A stretch of DNA of 64,000 nucleotides from positions 1,152,001-1,216,000 of the forward strand of contig CBDFJF010000002.1 in assembly GCA_965248265.1 (NCBI GenBank), in the 5' to 3' direction. The notes below the pieces were generated by a model. That model saw nothing but the letters and a program-made list of their open reading frames with translations, was not told the origin of the DNA and did no database searches. This stretch comes from Candidatus Latescibacterota bacterium. Its GTDB lineage: Bacteria; Latescibacterota; UBA2968; UBA8231. The translations under genes were made by a program, and so were the position numbers. Positions within the stretch are counted from its first letter, which is position 1, and each line of letters opens with the position of its first letter. Of the stretch, positions 9,278 to 19,831 are shown one piece after another.

Positions 9278-10111
9278 ATGAACGAAGTTGAGTTGTATGA
9301 GTTTGATCGGCAGGGCTTCATCGTCATCCCCGGACTGCTGACACCGGACGAAGTGGCCTCGCTGTCGGCGGCCATCGATGTGCTGGAAGAACACGCCCTG
9401 AAACATGTCGATGAACCACCGCGCAAGAAGAGTGGCTGGGGAAGTGAGTACCACCAAAACCAGGAAAAGGGGTATCACGCCAGGGGCTCGAACGACGAGG
9501 GCGCCACCCTCATAATCGAGGATTACTGGAACTCCGATCCGGTATTTGATGTGTTGCTCCAGCACGAGGCTACAATGGGGTACGTCGACGCGGTGATTCA
9601 GGGGCGTTCGACGATCAACAACTCCGAGATCCGCATTCGCTATCGCGACAATCAGAGCGGCAATCACGGAGGTGGGGTGCGCGAGGCGAATGCCAAGTAC
9701 CGCTACAACTTCAACAGCCACGGCATCGATTGCATGATGGTGCGTATGGTCTACTTCGTGCACGACGTGAACGACGAACAGGGTTCCTTCTGCGTTGTGC
9801 CGGGCACCCACAAGGGCCATGTGGCGTGTCCCTACGGCACTGATCCGGATATCGAACCGGGGGTTGTGGGTCTGGAGGTGAAGGCGGGAGACGGCGTCTT
9901 TTTCACGGAAAGCCTGCGTCACGGGGGCCTGACCAATCGCACCGATCAGGTGCGCAAGACGCTGCACGTGGGGTACGGGCCGCATTTCATGATGTCGCAG
10001 AACACGGCTACCGTGGACGAGCTGCCTTATATCACGGATGAGACCAGAAGGCGCCTGACGGCAGAGCAATTCGCCTTGTTCCGGCCTTATCCGGCTGTCG
10101 CACAGAGCTGA
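9278..10111 (+). CDS. PhyH family dioxygenase, HGG variant
   Basis: YEFDRQGFIV, GNHGGG, FCVVPGTHK, FTESLRHG. Confidence 0.9.
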   Translation: MNEVELYEFDRQGFIVIPGLLTPDEVASLSAAIDVLEEHALKHVDEPPRKKSGWGSEYHQNQEKGYHARGSNDEGATLIIEDYWNSDPVFDVLLQHEATMGYVDAVIQGRSTINNSEIRIRYRDNQSGNHGGGVREANAKYRYNFNSHGIDCMMVRMVYFVHDVNDEQGSFCVVPGTHKGHVACPYGTDPDIEPGVVGLEVKAGDGVFFTESLRHGGLTNRTDQVRKTLHVGYGPHFMMSQNTATVDELPYITDETRRRLTAEQFALFRPYPAVAQS

Positions 10112-10986
10112 TGAAACTGGTTACCTACAACATCCACTTCGGGTTGGGGAAGGACGACCGCTACGACCTTCCCCGAATCGCTGATGAGGTACGCGGGGCG
10201 GATGTGATCAGCTTACAGGAAGTAGAGCGCAACTGGCGGCGCTCCGGCATGACCGATCAGGTGGCGGAGCTGGCCACCCTGTTGCCGGATTACTACTGGA
10301 TCTACGGCGCCGCGCTGGATGTGGATGCCAGCACCACCGAGCCGGATGGGCACATCATCAATCGCCGCCGGCAATTCGGCAACATGATCCTGTCCCGCTA
10401 CCCCATACTCAGCAGCCGCAACCACCTCTTGCCCAAGTGGGGTACGGTAGGGCAATTCAGCCTGCAGCGCAGTGCGCTGGAGGGCGTGGTGGCGCTGGCT
10501 TCGGGCCCCGTCAAGTTCTACACCGTTCACCTGCACCACATCGCCTCCAGCCTGCGCATGGAGCAGATGGAGGCCCTGCTGGAGGTAATCGATCAGGCCC
10601 CCAGATCCGGAGGGGTGTGGTGCGGCGGGCAAGTCGATCCGGCGAAAGGTTGGACGGACGAGCCGGCTCCACCCATGCCCCGAGAGACCATCATCCTGGG
10701 TGATTTGAACTTCACCAGCGACGCGGCCGAATACGAACGGACGATTGGTCCGTACGACGCCAAGCAGGGGCGGCTCGTAAACGTGGAAGGTCTGGCCGAT
10801 GCCTGGGTCGCTGCCGGGCACGAGGAGACGGATGGAGGGACCGTCTTCTCTGCGGATGGGCAGGGTAAACGGCTGGACTATTGTTTGTTGAGCGCGTGGC
10901 TGGCTCCCTCGGTTCGGGCGGCGCACGTGGATATGGAGGCGCAAGGCTCCAACCATCAACCACTGCACATAGAGATCGATCTGTAG
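10111..10986 (+). CDS. Endonuclease/exonuclease/phosphatase (EEP) family
   Basis: TYNIH, LQEV, GDLNF, RLDY, SNHQP. Confidence 0.9.
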   Translation: MKLVTYNIHFGLGKDDRYDLPRIADEVRGADVISLQEVERNWRRSGMTDQVAELATLLPDYYWIYGAALDVDASTTEPDGHIINRRRQFGNMILSRYPILSSRNHLLPKWGTVGQFSLQRSALEGVVALASGPVKFYTVHLHHIASSLRMEQMEALLEVIDQAPRSGGVWCGGQVDPAKGWTDEPAPPMPRETIILGDLNFTSDAAEYERTIGPYDAKQGRLVNVEGLADAWVAAGHEETDGGTVFSADGQGKRLDYCLLSAWLAPSVRAAHVDMEAQGSNHQPLHIEIDL

Positions 10987-11002
10987 AGGAGGATGGAAAC
11001 TG

Positions 11003-12625
11003 ATGGACGCGCAGAGAAGAGCAGCGAGGTGGCGCACACGGCGCATCGTGTACAACAACGACGGCGACGATGTGCGGGAACCGCAGAACGATCGCGAGTA
11101 CACCTGGCATTTTATGAACCGCACCGGGGGTGAGTTGAGAGAGGATTTTCTCGACGCGCGCAGCAAGCCGCTGTTGGGAACGCAGGTGGACAGCCTGTGG
11201 TACTCCACCTGTTATAACGGCCTCACCTTTTCCCATCTCACCCAGCTTGGCGATTTCCTCGGAACCGGCGTTTCCCAGGAACTCGTCGATGTGTACGGGC
11301 GCGACAACCTCCAGATTCAGACGGACTACTGCCACGAAAACGGACTAGAATCATTCTGGTCCCTGCGCATGAACGACGCCCACGACTCCATGCCCGAGGG
11401 CAGGCGTACCGGTTTCCACCAACTGGCCCCCTTCAAGCGGGACAATCCCCACTTCATGATGGGGCAACCCGAGGACTTTGAGAAATATCCTTCCCCAAAA
11501 AAACAGTGGACGACTCTCGATTTCACCTTTCCAGAGGTTCGGGAGCACGTGTTCTCGTTGGTTGAGGAAGTCTGCCAGGGGTACGACGTCGACGGCGTGG
11601 AACTGGACTTCTATCGAGCTCCCATATTCTTTCCACCCACTATGGAAGGACGTCCGGTAGATCCGCAGCACGTGGAGATGATGACGGACCTGGTGCGGCG
11701 CATCCGGATAGCTGCTGACAAGGCGGGCAAGCAGAGGGGGCGACCACTATTGCTGGCCGTACGGGTACCGCTGTCAGTGGAGAATGGGCGCTTCATCGGC
11801 CTTGATGTGCCAACATGGCTGGCGGATGATCTAGTCGATCTGCTGGTCGCAGGTGACAACCCCAATCCGACATTGACCGAGTCGTTCGAGGAGATCATGG
11901 ATCTGGGCCACGGTCACGATCTTCCCGTCTACATCTGCATTCCGTGGTTGTTCTGGCACTACTGGGCTTTCCTGGATATGGGCGCGCACGAACACCGGAC
12001 CTACGATTCGTGGGTACAGACGCTGTATTACGGAGATCCGAAAGACGTACACAAGCCGTGTTATCTGGATGTCTGGAATTCGTGGAACGGAACGGCGGCA
12101 AGCCTGCGTGGTGCGGCAACGAATTTGTGGAACGCAGGCGCCGACGGTATCTATGTCTTCAACGCATTCTGCGGCCCTCGGACTGACGTGTGGCAGGAAC
12201 TTGGAGACCCCGAATTGCTGGTCGATCAAGATAAGGTGTATGGCGTGGATCGGTTCGCTGGCGATCCCGGCCCCGAAGGAGCGGTGCGGGCAGTGGAATT
12301 GGGCCACGGAGAGACGGTTGTGGCACCCTTTCAGGTGGGTGAGGATCTGACGTCGGGAAAGATTCCCCGGCTGAGATTCCGTCTGCATCTGTGGGACGTA
12401 GGTGGGGACGACGAGATATGCGTCCGACTCAACGATGAACAACTGGAGGGTCTCCAGACCGCCGGCTCGACCAACACCAAGGGAAGTCACTGGCTGGAAT
12501 GCCAGCTGGATCCAGCCCGGGTGAAGCGGGGGGAGAACCGGGTGGAGGTATCAGTGAAGCAGCGAGACGCATCAATGCAGACTCCGCTCATCGTCGACGC
12601 GGTTCAACTGCACGTTCACTACTAA
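11003..12625 (+). CDS. Glycoside hydrolase-like TIM barrel (GHL10/DUF187-like) with C-terminal beta domain
   Basis: RIVYNNDG, SLRMNDAH, LDFTFPEVR, YDVDGVELDF, GADGIYVFN. Confidence 0.7.
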   Translation: MDAQRRAARWRTRRIVYNNDGDDVREPQNDREYTWHFMNRTGGELREDFLDARSKPLLGTQVDSLWYSTCYNGLTFSHLTQLGDFLGTGVSQELVDVYGRDNLQIQTDYCHENGLESFWSLRMNDAHDSMPEGRRTGFHQLAPFKRDNPHFMMGQPEDFEKYPSPKKQWTTLDFTFPEVREHVFSLVEEVCQGYDVDGVELDFYRAPIFFPPTMEGRPVDPQHVEMMTDLVRRIRIAADKAGKQRGRPLLLAVRVPLSVENGRFIGLDVPTWLADDLVDLLVAGDNPNPTLTESFEEIMDLGHGHDLPVYICIPWLFWHYWAFLDMGAHEHRTYDSWVQTLYYGDPKDVHKPCYLDVWNSWNGTAASLRGAATNLWNAGADGIYVFNAFCGPRTDVWQELGDPELLVDQDKVYGVDRFAGDPGPEGAVRAVELGHGETVVAPFQVGEDLTSGKIPRLRFRLHLWDVGGDDEICVRLNDEQLEGLQTAGSTNTKGSHWLECQLDPARVKRGENRVEVSVKQRDASMQTPLIVDAVQLHVHY

Positions 12626-12642
12626 TAGTTAGTGGGCAAAAC

Positions 12643-13527
12643 ATGACGCCAGGCGGTAGAATCAACCGAGTCGTCGAACTCCTCGCCGCGGATCAACCCA
12701 TCTACTACACCGGGGCCCACGCAGGGCACGTGCTGACACACGAGCAGGGGGTGGAGGACGCCGCCACCTGGGCCGACTACATCAACGTCGGCATGGAACA
12801 CGGATCGTTCGATATGACCGGTCTTGACCAGTACCTGGCAGGACTCGTCGCCGGTGGGCCGACCCGCAGTGGCCATCGCACTCCCGCCGTGATCGTAGAG
12901 GCCCCGGTGGAGGGGGTGTCCGAGGAGATGGTGCGGTTCAATGCCTGGCAATTCCGGCAGATTCTGGCACGGGGGGTTCATGGCATTCTGTTGTGCCAGG
13001 CAGAGTCAGCGGCTGCGGTGCGGGCTTTTGTCGAGTCATGCCGATATCCAGTCAATCAGATCGGTGTCGGAGAGGGGTTGGGCATCGGCCGGCGTGGCGT
13101 GGGATCGGAACCGGTGTGCGCTGCTGTGTGGGGGGTGGGTGACTCCTACATCGCCAGGGCCGATCCCTGGCCTCTCAACAAGGATGGTGAGTTGCTGCTT
13201 GGCGTCAAAATCGAATCCGTCGACTCCCTGCCCCACATTGAAGAGATTCTGGCCGTGCCGGGCATCGGCTTTGCCGAGATGGGGCCCGGAGATCTGGGTA
13301 TGTCACTGAGATCTCAGAAACTCGTGCAACCGTGGCAGGAGTTGATGCAGGAAACACATGAACGGGTCAAAGCGGGATGCGTGCAACACGGAATTGCCTT
13401 TCTCGAAGGCGCTACGCCGGAGACGATTGTCGAAAAGATCGACGGAGGGGCGCGCGTTATCGCCGGAGGAAACGAGGAGACCGCACGGGTGGGACGGTTG
13501 CACAGCGGCCGTCAGATGCCAGCGTAG
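12643..13527 (+). CDS. HpcH/HpaI aldolase/citrate lyase-like protein
   Basis: MEHG, QILARGVHG, GVKIES, EEILAVPGI, GPGDLGMSL. Confidence 0.8.
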   Translation: MTPGGRINRVVELLAADQPIYYTGAHAGHVLTHEQGVEDAATWADYINVGMEHGSFDMTGLDQYLAGLVAGGPTRSGHRTPAVIVEAPVEGVSEEMVRFNAWQFRQILARGVHGILLCQAESAAAVRAFVESCRYPVNQIGVGEGLGIGRRGVGSEPVCAAVWGVGDSYIARADPWPLNKDGELLLGVKIESVDSLPHIEEILAVPGIGFAEMGPGDLGMSLRSQKLVQPWQELMQETHERVKAGCVQHGIAFLEGATPETIVEKIDGGARVIAGGNEETARVGRLHSGRQMPA

Positions 13528-13560
13528 CGGTAGATAGAATCTCACAGTAAGGGGGAAGAG

Positions 13561-15207
13561 ATGGGCAACCAAACAGTTCAAGTTCTCAATCCGATGGGGC
13601 ATCCGCCGAAGATCGGTCAGCTCGGTATGGCTCCGCGGCCCGATTCGCTCGAAGGTCGAACCGTCTATCTGGTCGATTGCCGTTTCGACGACGGCGATAT
13701 CCTCATGCGTCAGATGGGGGAGTGGTTCGCAGAGCACCGTCCCGGCACCAAGGTGGAAGTACGTCGCAAGTCGAACGTCTACTTGGAACGCGACGACGCA
13801 CTGTACGAGGAGATCAAGCAGGAAGGAGATGCGGCCGTCATCGGCGTCGGCCACTGAAGCACGTGCGCGCCGGCGGTCGCCGACCAGTGCATTACCATTG
13901 AGACCGAATACGGAGTGCCGACAGCCTCCGTCCAGACCGACATCTTCGAACCCCTCGCCCGGGCCCAGGCCGTATCGCGGGGGATGCCAAAACAGCGATT
14001 CGTCTTCGTCCCTCAGCCAGTGATGGGCAAGTCACCGGCACAGCTGCGGGCTTATGTCGACGGACCCGATCCCATCACCGGCCGTCCGTTCATGACGGAA
14101 GTAATCGAGGCGCTGACGCGCCCATCTGGCGACGAAGAGACTGAGGTCACCACCTTTGATCGATCCACACCCCGTTTCTGCGAGCCGGACTCCGAAGAGA
14201 ACCTTCATGAGCTCTTCCTCCAGCAAAACTGGACGGACAAGCTGCCCGTCGTCCTGCCCACGGAGGCACGGGTGGAAGCCATGCTCAGGGCGACGAGTCG
14301 GGATCCTGATCAAGTGGTAGGACAAATGCGGCCGACGGCCCCGCGGGAGGCGTGGGAATACACGGTCGAGAAGGTCGCCGTCAACGCAGTGATGGCCGGT
14401 GCAAAGCCCAAGTACTTTCCAGTCATCCTGGCTCTGGCTTCGACGCAGGTCACCGCTCGTGCGAGCACGACGAGCTCCGCGGCGGCGATGGCCGTCGTCA
14501 ACGGTCCCATCCGTGAAGAGATCGGCATGAACTCGGGCGTCGGCGCCATGGGGCCTCACAACCACGCCAACGCCACGATTGGGCGCGCATACGGGCTGCT
14601 GTCTCAGAACGGCCAAGGGGGGTCACTCCCGTTGCACACCTACCTCGGCTCTCAAGGCAACAACTATGCCTACAACAGTCTCTGCTGCGCCGAAAACGAA
14701 GAGCGCAGTCCGTGGGATCCGCTCCACGTTCAGCACGGTTTTGAGGAGGAAGACAGCACCGTCAGTGTGTTCGGAGGCTGTCAATCCACTGCCTTCACGC
14801 TCGGCCTTCGGGAAAAGCACTGGCAGGCCCATGTCGTCCAGATGCTGCGCGGCATGGACCCATTTATGAAACCCACCTTCGTCCTCGACCCGATTACGGC
14901 CAATCAGTTCGTCGACCGCGGCGGGTTCGACACCGTAGAGAAGCTGAAAGGTTGGGTTCACGAGAATGCCACGATGGAGGCCGGCGTCTACTGGGACTAC
15001 CAGTTGATCGAGAACTACATCGAGCCACGGGCACTGGCCGGCATCGAGCCCTACGCCACGATGCTGCAGGCCAAGGACGACGAACTCATACGCATGTGGC
15101 CGAAAGACAGGATCAACGTCGTCGTCGTTGGAGGCGAAACGAATGGCTACTGGCGCATCTTCGGTGCCAGCCACGCGAAGACCGTGTCCGTCGACGAATG
15201 GCGGTGA
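13561..15207 (+). CDS. UGSC-type (seleno)protein fused to conserved unknown domain; in-frame TGA at 13855-13857 probably read as Sec
   Basis: Both ORFs share one frame; ..DAAVIGVGH-TGA-STCAPAV..IETEYGVPTASV.. is a UxxC motif with open frame between; C-part WTDKLPVVLPT..VEKVAVNAVMAG..NGPIREEIGMNSG..ANATIGRA. Confidence 0.8.
13859..13890 (+). promoter_or_regulatory. Candidate bacterial SECIS hairpin
   Basis: Upper stem CGGC/GCCG (13871-13882) with G-starting loop GGTC 18 nt after the TGA; possible lower stem GCAC/GTGC. Confidence 0.5.
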
Positions 15208-15339
15208 GTCTCGATGCCGAGGGGACCCCGACCGTCAATTTTCTGGGTGGAGTTGATCGCCGAGGACCGAAAACCAACAGGCTAGACCTCATCGCGAGAC
15301 TATCATTGAATCGAATTCAGGAGACAGGCAGGATCACCG

Positions 15340-16308
15340 ATGAAGAATATTGAGCTGAGCCGATGCGGGCGCGTCGCCGTCGAGACCTGCATGGCTGTCA
15401 AATCGGGAGAGCAAGTGCTCGTCGTCGCCGATACGATGGCTGACTCCAGCGTCACCGACGCCCTGCACGGCGCGGCGCGAGCGGCAGGAGCCGAGGCCAT
15501 GGCCCTGGTCTTCCCGGCGCGTCCTCGCGGCGGCATGGAGCCACCAGATGCCGTGGCGGAAGCGATGAAGTCCGCCGATGCCGCTTTCCTCCATACCTCG
15601 GCGTCGCTGACACACAGTAAGGCACGGATCAGCGCACAGGCAGCCGGCACCCGCGTCATCTCCATGCCAGGGGTCAGCGAGGAGGGATTTCTGCGCACGC
15701 TGTCGGCGGACATGATGCCGCTGGCCGAGCTGACGCAACGCCTTGGAGCCCTTCTGGATCACGGCCGTTCGGTACGGATCACCTCCGACCTGGGTACGGA
15801 TCTGACCCTCGAACTCGGCAATCCGACTCTCGTCCTCGACGGACTGTGCCACACCGATGGCGACCTCGATACCTTTCCGCCCGGGCTTGCACTCAGCGTG
15901 CCGCCCGTAGGGACCGTGAACGGGCGGGCGGTCGTCGATGGCTCGGTCACCAGTATCGGCCGTCTGGCAACGCCGATCACGATGATCTTCGAGGGGGGGC
16001 GCGCCGTGCGCCTGGAGGGGGGGCCGGAGGCCGACCGCCTCGATCAGCTACTGTCGCAGTTCGATGACCCGGGGGCCTATGAGTTCGCGGCCTGGGGCAT
16101 GGGAACCAACCCGGGTGCTCGCCTGCTTGGAGATGAACCGAGCTTCGAAGGGGAGCGTCTCTTCGGCTGGGCTCATGTCAGCACGGGAAGTAATGTGGCT
16201 CTGCCGGGCGGGACGGTGCAGGCGCCCATCCATCTGGATGGGATCCTGGCTATGCCAGAGGTCGAAGTGGACGGAGAGGTCGTCATGTGCAAGGGACGCT
16301 TCGTTTGA
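15340..16308 (+). CDS. M29 aminopeptidase-like metalloprotein
   Basis: VKSGEQVLVVAD, EPPDAVAEAM, GTDLTL, NGRAVVDGS, GMGTNP, HLDGI. Confidence 0.8.
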   Translation: MKNIELSRCGRVAVETCMAVKSGEQVLVVADTMADSSVTDALHGAARAAGAEAMALVFPARPRGGMEPPDAVAEAMKSADAAFLHTSASLTHSKARISAQAAGTRVISMPGVSEEGFLRTLSADMMPLAELTQRLGALLDHGRSVRITSDLGTDLTLELGNPTLVLDGLCHTDGDLDTFPPGLALSVPPVGTVNGRAVVDGSVTSIGRLATPITMIFEGGRAVRLEGGPEADRLDQLLSQFDDPGAYEFAAWGMGTNPGARLLGDEPSFEGERLFGWAHVSTGSNVALPGGTVQAPIHLDGILAMPEVEVDGEVVMCKGRFV

Positions 16309-16353
16309 AATATTCCTGACGGACGCGGGACACGGTGCGTGATTCGGTCCGCG

Positions 16354-17298
16354 TTACGAGATCTCCTGCAACTGTTTCAGGACGTACTGCGGCAATGCGT
16401 CCAGATTAGAAGTCGCTAGCCCATCGTCAATCTGGGCTTGCGTCATCATTCCGGGAACGACGCAGCTCAGGGCAGGGTGCGCGAGGATGAATTTGAGAGC
16501 GGCCTGAGGTAAGGTGCTGGTGGCGTCACCGACAATTGCTCTGATGTCGTCTACCTTTCCCAGGTCTTCGAGGAACTGTTCCCGGGGCCAGGTGTTGCGA
16601 TAGTCGTTTTCGGCGAACAAGGTTGCTGGTGTCAGATGCCCCGACAGCAGCCCCGAGGCAAGGGGTTGGCGACCAACAACGGCAATTCCCTCGGCCTGCG
16701 CTGCCGGCAGCACCTCTTCAGCCATCGATTGATCGAACATGTTATACGTCAGCAGCATCATGGAAATGCCGGTTTCCCGCATGGCTTTCAGTGCATGCTC
16801 GGCCGTCCAGGGACAGACGCCATAGAAACCAACCTTCCCCTCGGCCGTCAGTTGCTCCATGGTCTCGAAGGCATCGTCCCACTGGTCATCAGACGGCATC
16901 GAATGGAACTGGCAGATGTCCAGTCGTTCTCGACCCAAGCGTCGCAGACTATCTTCTACAGCTCTGCGAACGTAGACCGGAGAAGGGTCAAATTGTGGGC
17001 GCCTGCCACCGCTGCTGAGCCAGCCGTCGGAGTCAATCTCGAAACCGACCTTTGTGGCGATGACGATATCATCATCGTGCACGTCGGAGAACGCCTGACC
17101 GAGCAACTCCTCGACACGACCTCTGCCGTATTGATCGGCGGTATCGTAGAACGTGACTCCTCGCTCACGGGCATAGCGGAGTAGACTGATCGCTTCTTCC
17201 TCGCCGACGTCACCCCACTCCCGGCCGCCTAGCTCCCACGTCCCCATGCCGATCTCGGAGACCGTCAATCCGGTCGTTCCCAATGGATTGTATCGCAT
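16354..17298 (-). CDS. Aldo/keto reductase
   Basis: LGTTGLTVSEIGMG, FYDTADQYG, IATK, SLRRL, PLASGLL. Confidence 0.93.
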   Translation of the reverse strand: MRYNPLGTTGLTVSEIGMGTWELGGREWGDVGEEEAISLLRYARERGVTFYDTADQYGRGRVEELLGQAFSDVHDDDIVIATKVGFEIDSDGWLSSGGRRPQFDPSPVYVRRAVEDSLRRLGRERLDICQFHSMPSDDQWDDAFETMEQLTAEGKVGFYGVCPWTAEHALKAMRETGISMMLLTYNMFDQSMAEEVLPAAQAEGIAVVGRQPLASGLLSGHLTPATLFAENDYRNTWPREQFLEDLGKVDDIRAIVGDATSTLPQAALKFILAHPALSCVVPGMMTQAQIDDGLATSNLDALPQYVLKQLQEIS

Positions 17299-17307
17299 TA
17301 ACGGTCG

Positions 17308-18669
17308 TTAGTAGGGAGTCTCTCTGGTCGTAATCGGACACCATCTCGTCGTGGTCAGGTACTCGATCAACATGTCTTTGGCTTCATCCGTGCCGATGCG
17401 CTGCAGCGCCAACACCACTTTTCCCCGAACGTAGCGATTCTCGTGGTTCAGGCACGGGGCAAGTCTCGGTACGACCTCGGCAGCCTGTGACCCGAGACGA
17501 GCCATCGCCAGCAGCGAGTGGCGGACGACCCAGGGCTCCGAATCTTCGAGCGCATCGATGAGGGACGGGATGGCGGTCGCCGCCGCGTCACCGACATTAC
17601 TGAGTGCCCAAGAGGCTTTTGTGCGGACGTCACTGTCCTCGTCCCTCAAAGCGGTCTGCAGGGTCCCGATTGCCGGTGCCGCGGGCAAGCCCATTTCGCC
17701 GAGTGCATCGACGGCGGCCGCTCTGGTCTCGGCGCGTTCGGCGCCGACCACTTCTTCGAGTGCCGGCACCGCGGCCTGGCCGATTGCCGCGAGGCCGTAG
17801 CCGGCGTTTCGTCTCAGGTCTTCGTTGTCAGATGACAACCGCGTGATCAACTCAGGCATTGCTCGAGCGCCCATGGTGGCCAACGTGTAAGCTGCCTGAA
17901 AGCAGGTGGTCTCATTGGCATCCTCGAGTCGCAGGAGCAGTTCGCCGACGTCACCGTCGCCGGTCGCTTGAGAGCCGTTGCCGCTATTGCCGGAGCTCCA
18001 CTCCCACATGCTCCTCCACATGCTATTGCGACGATCCTCCGTGTCGGGCCAGCTGAGGTCGCTGGAATCCCAGGTCGGTGATGCGGGTTCCGACATGCGT
18101 GTAAAAAGGAACTTGTACATGTAGCGTTGCCCGTTGCCGATTTTCTCGGACCGGCGATGCCACAGGTCATAGTGAACGATGGTGATGGAGCCGGCGGGTC
18201 CACAGAAAGGGGTCTCTTCCCCCACCTCTGAGTCCGGCTCGTGGTTGTAGTACTGTGAACCGGGCACGACCGTGGTCGGGCCGAGCTCGACATTGGTGTC
18301 CTGTGGATAGTAGAAGGCCATGCACCAGCGGGTGCGGGGCCCCTTGCTGCTGCCGTCACTGTGCAGGCGCGATTGGTTTTCGGGGCCGAGAGGGCGGCGG
18401 TGACAGTAGCGGTGCGCGTTCAGATGGTATCCAGCCCCCAGGATGCTGCTGAGCGTGCCCGTGACTTTGGGGTGGTCCAGGACCTGATGCAGCTCAGGTA
18501 TCACCGCCATGACGTTGTTGCCCGGATTACCCGACATCTCCATGGACTCTTCCGACCGCTTGAAGACGGTCTCGTGCAGGCCCGGCATGTCCGTCTCGAA
18601 GGTGATGAATCCCTTGCGAATGAACTCCCTCATGCCTTCATCATTCAACATTTCTTGATGGTCTGCCAT
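17308..18669 (-). CDS. PhyH dioxygenase fused to HEAT/PBS-lyase repeats (copy A)
   Basis: LHSDG, YYPQDT, GPTTVVPGSQ, HYDLWH; repeats such as LRRNAGYGLAAIG, RAAAVDALGEMG. Confidence 0.88.
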   Translation of the reverse strand: MADHQEMLNDEGMREFIRKGFITFETDMPGLHETVFKRSEESMEMSGNPGNNVMAVIPELHQVLDHPKVTGTLSSILGAGYHLNAHRYCHRRPLGPENQSRLHSDGSSKGPRTRWCMAFYYPQDTNVELGPTTVVPGSQYYNHEPDSEVGEETPFCGPAGSITIVHYDLWHRRSEKIGNGQRYMYKFLFTRMSEPASPTWDSSDLSWPDTEDRRNSMWRSMWEWSSGNSGNGSQATGDGDVGELLLRLEDANETTCFQAAYTLATMGARAMPELITRLSSDNEDLRRNAGYGLAAIGQAAVPALEEVVGAERAETRAAAVDALGEMGLPAAPAIGTLQTALRDEDSDVRTKASWALSNVGDAAATAIPSLIDALEDSEPWVVRHSLLAMARLGSQAAEVVPRLAPCLNHENRYVRGKVVLALQRIGTDEAKDMLIEYLTTTRWCPITTRETPY

Positions 18670-18762
18670 CTTTGGCCTCTCCGCGCCTTTTTGCGGTTTA
18701 AGAAGCAACAGATTTCTGTCAGTCTTTTTGATTCTAACATTTTATTCAAAAACAAAGGTATC

Positions 18763-19653
18763 CTACACCCGGACCTTGGCCAGATATATGTTGGTCCCAT
18801 CTTCATGAGATGAGTAGTAGCTCAACCACAGCAGGTCTTCATGCCAGACCATGCCGACATAACTCGAATCGCCTCCACACGGCAGTGTCAGTGCCGGCTC
18901 GAAGGTCGTTCGGGTCATTCTGGCAAGCACCGTGGACCCTTCGAGCGCAGGCACTCTCCCGGTAGCCCACAGACTGCCGTCGGGGAGGCGAATGAAATTG
19001 GGTCCGCCGATGGTCGTCGACAGCTCGGTGAAGGACCATGTACGATACGGCGATCGGCTCGATCCGATGTAGTTGGGGCGAATCAGAGCGATCATCTCGC
19101 CATCCGGCATGAACCGGAGCGTTGTTTCACTCACCCCCGCTATCCTGAATTCGGTCAGCCAATCCCACTCAATTCCATCGAAACTGGAGTAGAGGAATCC
19201 TCGGCGGGGTCCGTCGTACTCCCCCAGCTTGGACAGCGCGTAGACACGCCCTTCGTGCCAGGTTGCCCGCCACAGCCAATGGTCTTCGGCCAACAGCTTC
19301 TTCGGCGTTGTCCATGCCACTCCGTCGGACGAGAATGAAACCCGGGGCGCACGTGTCAGGTAGACGCCGCTCTCGTCATACACACTGCCGCCCATCAGGA
19401 GCATGAGCCGCTGGTCCGGTGTGATGGACAGCTTTGAGTCCCGCAGGTCGATGCCGTCTTCGCAGATAACGGCTGCCGACTCCCAGTGTGTTCCGTCGGC
19501 GGACGAAATCAGTCGGATGACGCCACCTGGAGTGGCGTGTCCGGACGCCTCACGAAACACGCACCACCACCGGCCCTGGAAGCGGATCAGGTCCGTGAAG
19601 CCATTGTGCGGTGCGTGGTCCCAAATTCTGTCGACGGAAATGAGCTCAGGCAT
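18763..19653 (-). CDS. Sialidase/BNR-type beta-propeller
   Basis: HNGFTDL, Asp-boxes SADGTHW, SSDGVAW, SFDGIEW; GDSSY; YYSSHE. Confidence 0.82.
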   Translation of the reverse strand: MPELISVDRIWDHAPHNGFTDLIRFQGRWWCVFREASGHATPGGVIRLISSADGTHWESAAVICEDGIDLRDSKLSITPDQRLMLLMGGSVYDESGVYLTRAPRVSFSSDGVAWTTPKKLLAEDHWLWRATWHEGRVYALSKLGEYDGPRRGFLYSSFDGIEWDWLTEFRIAGVSETTLRFMPDGEMIALIRPNYIGSSRSPYRTWSFTELSTTIGGPNFIRLPDGSLWATGRVPALEGSTVLARMTRTTFEPALTLPCGGDSSYVGMVWHEDLLWLSYYSSHEDGTNIYLAKVRV

Positions 19654-19831
19654 TACTTGATTTCCGGCAGTGGGATCAGGCATTTCCAGGCAGCAAAGGG
19701 CATCTGGGTCAACTGCCGAAAAATAGGGAACACAGCCGTATCGTCCCAGGAAAGAGTCCGCTCGACCGGGCAGGAATAGGCTCAACTGCAGCAATAAGCG
19801 GTTGTGGTGCTCCGCTGCACAGCTGCCGTGC

